64,000 bases of DNA, taken from contig DQFO01000014.1 of the NCBI GenBank assembly GCA_003525075.1, positions 64,032 through 128,031 of the forward strand, given 5' to 3'. Both the position numbers and the translations under genes were made by a program. Below the pieces are notes generated by a model. That model saw only the letters and a program-made list of their open reading frames with translations, was not told where the DNA came from and made no database searches. Shown one piece after another: positions 60,126 through 64,000 of the stretch. This DNA is from Clostridiales bacterium. Lineage in GTDB: Bacteria; Bacillota; Clostridia; TANB77; CAG-508. Position 1 is the stretch's first letter. Every line of letters begins with the position of its first letter.

Positions 60126-61478
60126 TTAATCAATTTTTAAGTTCTCAATAGCCCTATCTGCTAACATTCCATACTTTATTTTTTTGTCTTTTATTCTCTT
60201 TGGAAGTTCTGGAACAATTCCAAAATTTGCATTCATTGGTTGAAATTTGTCATTTGCTGTTGAAATATATTTTGCTAATGCTCCTATCATTGATAAATTT
60301 GAAAATTCAATTTTGCTTTCATTTTTTATTTGTGAAACAGCATTTAATGCTGACACCATTCCTGATGAAATTGATTCAACATAACCTTCAACACCTGTAA
60401 TTTGTCCGGCAAAATAAATATTTTTATTATCTTTGAAGTTATATGTGTTATCTAATAATTTCGTTGAATTTATATATGTGTTTCTATGCATAACTCCATA
60501 TTTTACAAATTCAGCATTTTGTAATCCAGGAATCATTCCAAATACTCTTTTCTGTTCTCCATATTTTAAATTTGTTTGAAATCCAACTATATTATAAATT
60601 GTTCCTAATTCATTATCTTGCCTCAATTGAATTACTGCATATGGTCTTTTTCCTGTTCTTGGATCATCAAATCCAACTGGTTTTAATGGTCCATATCTTA
60701 ATGTATCTTTTCCCCTTTTTGCCATTACTTCTACCGGCATACAACCTTCAAATATCTCTCTTTTTTCAAATTCATGTAATGTTATAACTTCAGCATTTAT
60801 TAATTCTTCTACAAATTTTTCATATTCATCTTTATTCATTGGTAAATTTATATAACTTGCTTCTTGTTTGTGTAATCTTTCTTTCCAATCATCTATTGTT
60901 TCATCTTTTCCTTTTTCTTGTTCATATCTATTACCAAAAAAAGCAATATTAAAATCGATGCTTTCTTTTGTAACAATTGGTGCAGCTGCATCATAAAAAT
61001 GTAATTTATCTTCTCCAGTTATTTTAGAGATTTCTTTTGATAATCCTTCTGATGTTAATGGTCCTGTTGCAATTATTACAATTCCTTTTTCTGCAATTTT
61101 TTCTATTTCTGTTACTTCTTGATGAATTATTTCTATTAATGGATTTTTTTCTAATTCTTCTGTTACTTTTTGTGAAAACAATTCTCTATCTACTGCTAAT
61201 GCTTGTCCTGCTGGTATTTGTGTTTCATCTGCTATTCTTATTAGCAATGAGTCTAGTTTTCTTAATTCTTCTTTTAACAAACCACATGCATTTGTATGTA
61301 AATTAGATTTGAACGAGTTACTACATACTATCTCAGCCAAATTTTTATTACTATGTGCTTCTGTAAATTTATCAGGCTTCATCTCATACAATTTTACCTT
61401 TATTCCTCTTTTTGCTATTTGATATGCAGCTTCACTTCCAGCTAATCCTCCACCTATTATTGTTATATAATCTACCAT
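60126..61478 (-). CDS. trmFO: methylenetetrahydrofolate--tRNA-(uracil-5-)-methyltransferase TrmFO
   Basis: IIGGGLAGSEAAYQ is the FAD-binding motif and TrmFO/Gid family conservation is present. The likely start is MVDYITII with SD aaggaagg. Confidence 0.9.
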   Translation of the reverse strand: MVDYITIIGGGLAGSEAAYQIAKRGIKVKLYEMKPDKFTEAHSNKNLAEIVCSNSFKSNLHTNACGLLKEELRKLDSLLIRIADETQIPAGQALAVDRELFSQKVTEELEKNPLIEIIHQEVTEIEKIAEKGIVIIATGPLTSEGLSKEISKITGEDKLHFYDAAAPIVTKESIDFNIAFFGNRYEQEKGKDETIDDWKERLHKQEASYINLPMNKDEYEKFVEELINAEVITLHEFEKREIFEGCMPVEVMAKRGKDTLRYGPLKPVGFDDPRTGKRPYAVIQLRQDNELGTIYNIVGFQTNLKYGEQKRVFGMIPGLQNAEFVKYGVMHRNTYINSTKLLDNTYNFKDNKNIYFAGQITGVEGYVESISSGMVSALNAVSQIKNESKIEFSNLSMIGALAKYISTANDKFQPMNANFGIVPELPKRIKDKKIKYGMLADRAIENLKID

Positions 61479-61507
61479 TTTATTTTCCTTCCTTTTTTCA
61501 TTAAAAA

Positions 61508-61534
61508 GTCTCTGCAAAAATGCAGAGAACTTTT
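61508..61534. terminator. rho-independent terminator downstream of clpE
   Basis: tctctgcaaaaatgcagaga followed by a T run on the minus strand. Confidence 0.6.
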
Positions 61535-61536
61535 AA

Positions 61537-63885
61537 TTATTCAATATTAAATTTTAATTCATTATTTTCTATGTCAACATTAATAGTTTGCCCATCATGG
61601 ACATCACCTTTTAAAATCATTTCAGAAATTTCATCTTCAACATATCTTTGAATAGCTCTTCTTAAGGGTCTTGCACCATATTTCAAATTAGTTCCTTTTT
61701 CTAATATAAAATCTTTTGCATTTTCTGAAACATTTAAAGAAATATTTTTGTCTGCTAAAGCTTTTACTGTATCTTTTAACATTAATTCAACAATTTGTAA
61801 TAATTCAGTTTTTGTTAATGAATCAAATACTATAATTTCATCTATTCTATTTAAAAATTCAGGTCTAAAAACTTGTTTTAGATTTTCTTCTATTTTATTA
61901 TTATCAACTGTTTTTTTATCAAAACCAATTGAATTTGTATTAACATTTGAACCTGCATTTGATGTCATAATTATAATTGTATTTTGGAAACTAACAACAT
62001 TTCCTTGTGAATCTGTAAGTTTTCCATCATCTAATACTTGTAATAAAATGTTAAATACATCAGGGTGTGCTTTTTCAATTTCATCAAATAATATAATAGA
62101 ATATGGTTTTCTTTTTACTTTTTCAGTAAGTTGACCTGCATCATCATATCCAACATATCCTGGAGGTGCACCAATAAGTTTTGCTGTTGAGTGGCTTTCC
62201 ATATATTCAGACATATCTACTCTTATTATTGAGTCTTCTGATCCAAACATTTCATATGCTAAGCTTTTTGCAAGTTCTGTTTTTCCAACACCTGTTGGTC
62301 CAACAAATATGAATGATGGTGGACGTTTCGTGCTTTGAAGTCCAGCACGATTTCTTCTTATTGCTCTAGAAACTGCAGATACTGCTTTATCTTGGCCAAT
62401 AACTCTTTTATGAAGATTTGTTTCAAGATTTAATAGTTTTTGTGTCTCTGCTTCTGTAATTTTTTTAACTGGAATTTTAGTCCAATTTTCAATAACTTGT
62501 GCTATATCTTGAACTGTTAAAGATTTTAATTTTATTGTACTATTTAAATGGTCAATTTCTTCAATTAATCTACATTCTTTAGTTTTTAAATCTGCTGCTT
62601 TTTGATAATCTTCTGTTGAATCTGCTTGTGCAGCATCTTCTTTTTGTGCTTGAACATCAGCAAGTTCTTGTTTTAACATTTCAAGTTTAAACAATTCTTT
62701 ATTTTCAAGATTAATTCTAGAACAAGCCTCATCTAAAATATCAATTGCTTTATCTGGCAAAAATCTATCATGAATGTATTTTTCAGACATTATAACTGCT
62801 TGTTTTATAACATCATTTGAAATTTTTACTTTGTGATATTCTTCATAATATTTCTTTATTCCTGTTAAAATTGAAATTGTATCATCGATATTAGGTTCTT
62901 CAACTAAAACTTGTTGGAATCTTCTTTCTAATGCTGTATCTTTCTCTATATATTTTCTATATTCTCTTAAAGTAGTAGTACCTATTAATTGAATTTCTCC
63001 ATTTGCAAGTGATGGTTTTAAAATATTAGCAGCATTCATAGAATGTTCTCCATCTCCTGCTCCAATTATATTGTGAATTTCATCTATTACAAGAATAATA
63101 TTCTTGAATTCTTTACATTCATCAATAATACCTTTCATACGAGCTTCAAATTGTCCTCTAAATTGAGTACCAGCTATAACAGATGTCATATCTAATAAAT
63201 AAACTTCTTTATTTAAAAGTTTTGCTGGAACATTATTATTAGCAATTTTTATAGCCAAACCTTGAGCAATTGCTGTTTTACCAACACCAGGTTCACCAAT
63301 CAAACAAGGATTATTTTTAGTACGTCTATTTAAGATTTGTATAACTCTTTGAATTTCCTTATCACGACCAATAACCATATCAAGTTCATTATTTTTAGCT
63401 TTTTGAGTTAGATTTGTTCCAAAAGTATCAAGATATTTTTTCTTTTTCTTAGCTTTCTTTGATTCAACTTTAACCTTTTGTCTACCACCATTAGTTTCTT
63501 CCTCATCTTTTTGTTTTTTAGGAACAAAATTAGCAAAGATAGATCCAATAGGAATTCCCATAGAAATACCCTCTGGAGCATTTTCATCATCAACATCTTC
63601 ATCACCATCAGATTCAAAATTTTCAAAATCCATATTTTCAAGATTTTCCAATTTTAAATTAGAAGATAAATCCTTAAACAAAGACTCTAACTGTTTTGAC
63701 ATATTATTCATATCTATATTATTATTCGTTTGATTAGAAGTAGACTGATTTGTATTAGTCTCAGGAACATCTAATCCACGTTTTTTTGCACACTCTTTAC
63801 ATAAGCCTTCCATTGAAGAAACGCCATTTTCAATTTTGTTTATAAATACAACTGCAGTGCGTTTTTTACATTGTGAACATATCAT
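61537..63885 (-). CDS. clpE: ATP-dependent Clp protease ATP-binding subunit ClpE (N-terminal zinc finger, two AAA+ modules)
   Basis: 782 aa. The N-terminus has CSQCKKR...CKEC. Two Walker A motifs are present (GEPGVGKTAIA, GPTGVGKTELAK). The Clp N-terminal zinc ribbon is typical of ClpE. Confidence 0.9.
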   Translation of the reverse strand: MICSQCKKRTAVVFINKIENGVSSMEGLCKECAKKRGLDVPETNTNQSTSNQTNNNIDMNNMSKQLESLFKDLSSNLKLENLENMDFENFESDGDEDVDDENAPEGISMGIPIGSIFANFVPKKQKDEEETNGGRQKVKVESKKAKKKKKYLDTFGTNLTQKAKNNELDMVIGRDKEIQRVIQILNRRTKNNPCLIGEPGVGKTAIAQGLAIKIANNNVPAKLLNKEVYLLDMTSVIAGTQFRGQFEARMKGIIDECKEFKNIILVIDEIHNIIGAGDGEHSMNAANILKPSLANGEIQLIGTTTLREYRKYIEKDTALERRFQQVLVEEPNIDDTISILTGIKKYYEEYHKVKISNDVIKQAVIMSEKYIHDRFLPDKAIDILDEACSRINLENKELFKLEMLKQELADVQAQKEDAAQADSTEDYQKAADLKTKECRLIEEIDHLNSTIKLKSLTVQDIAQVIENWTKIPVKKITEAETQKLLNLETNLHKRVIGQDKAVSAVSRAIRRNRAGLQSTKRPPSFIFVGPTGVGKTELAKSLAYEMFGSEDSIIRVDMSEYMESHSTAKLIGAPPGYVGYDDAGQLTEKVKRKPYSIILFDEIEKAHPDVFNILLQVLDDGKLTDSQGNVVSFQNTIIIMTSNAGSNVNTNSIGFDKKTVDNNKIEENLKQVFRPEFLNRIDEIIVFDSLTKTELLQIVELMLKDTVKALADKNISLNVSENAKDFILEKGTNLKYGARPLRRAIQRYVEDEISEMILKGDVHDGQTINVDIENNELKFNIE

Positions 63886-64000
63886 ATACTATAATTCCTC
63901 TTTTCTTTTATTAAAATATTATATATTCTACATTAAATTTTCCAAATAGTCAAGAGAAAATACATTATAGTACTAGACAAAAAAATAAAAATATGATATA

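Noticed and set aside
63886-64000. Possible CtsR operator (GGTCAAA direct repeat) upstream of clpE
   Set aside because: Only a single degenerate agtcaaga half-site near 63948 is present. The tandem heptad repeat expected for CtsR boxes is not.
1-64000. rRNA, tRNA, CRISPR arrays, IS elements and integrases
   Set aside because: Intergenic spacers are short and contain no cloverleaf-like or rRNA-like segments. There are no regularly spaced direct repeats and no transposase or integrase-like ORFs, so the two foreign cassettes are not flanked by recognisable mobility genes.

Overview
This 64 kb window is a very AT-rich chromosomal segment (roughly 25-28% GC by eye) from an endospore-forming Firmicute, Clostridia-like. 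Spore and housekeeping genes support that: a CwlD-type cortex amidase, a GerAB/GerAC germinant receptor pair, era-yqzL-recO synteny, minD-minE-rodA, the rpsL-rpsG-fusA-tuf block, plsX-acpP-rnc, the fructose PTS operon ptsH/ptsI/fruA/fruK, ldh, dut, comFC, rnj, trmFO and clpE. Nearly all genes are on the minus strand.

Gene content along the window:
- 206-11138: an ABC-transporter-dependent glycopolymer locus. It has multidomain GT2 and WsaF-like glycosyltransferases, Wzm/Wzt with a C-terminal carbohydrate-binding extension, a coiled-coil WbdD-like candidate, an MBL-fold hydrolase, two paralogous GT2 genes and a decayed ORF remnant.
- 20810-26126: an Arn-like lipid-linked amino-sugar envelope-modification cluster (ArnC-like GT2, ArnT-like GT-C, DegT aminotransferase, ATP-grasp ligase, paired ArnE/F-like 4-TM proteins).

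The strongest anomalies are two compositionally foreign, roughly 50% GC, plus-strand expression cassettes at 11214-11676 and 27679-28462. Each has a perfect TTGACA-N17-TATAAT promoter, a strong Shine-Dalgarno, an ORF with GC-rich enterobacterial-style codon usage, and a GC-clamped rho-independent terminator. One ORF is a 102-aa protein of unknown function; the other is a 211-aa P-loop dNK/Tmk-like kinase. Both are inserted exactly into host intergenic DNA. They look like very recent horizontal acquisitions or engineered insertions that are probably related to each other.

Smaller points: cwlD carries a +1 frameshift, a YqzL-family small ORF is missing from the ORF track, MscL has a zinc-ribbon tail, a KAP-family P-loop NTPase is present, and there are several internal-repeat and low-complexity proteins. 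I found no rRNA, tRNA or CRISPR.
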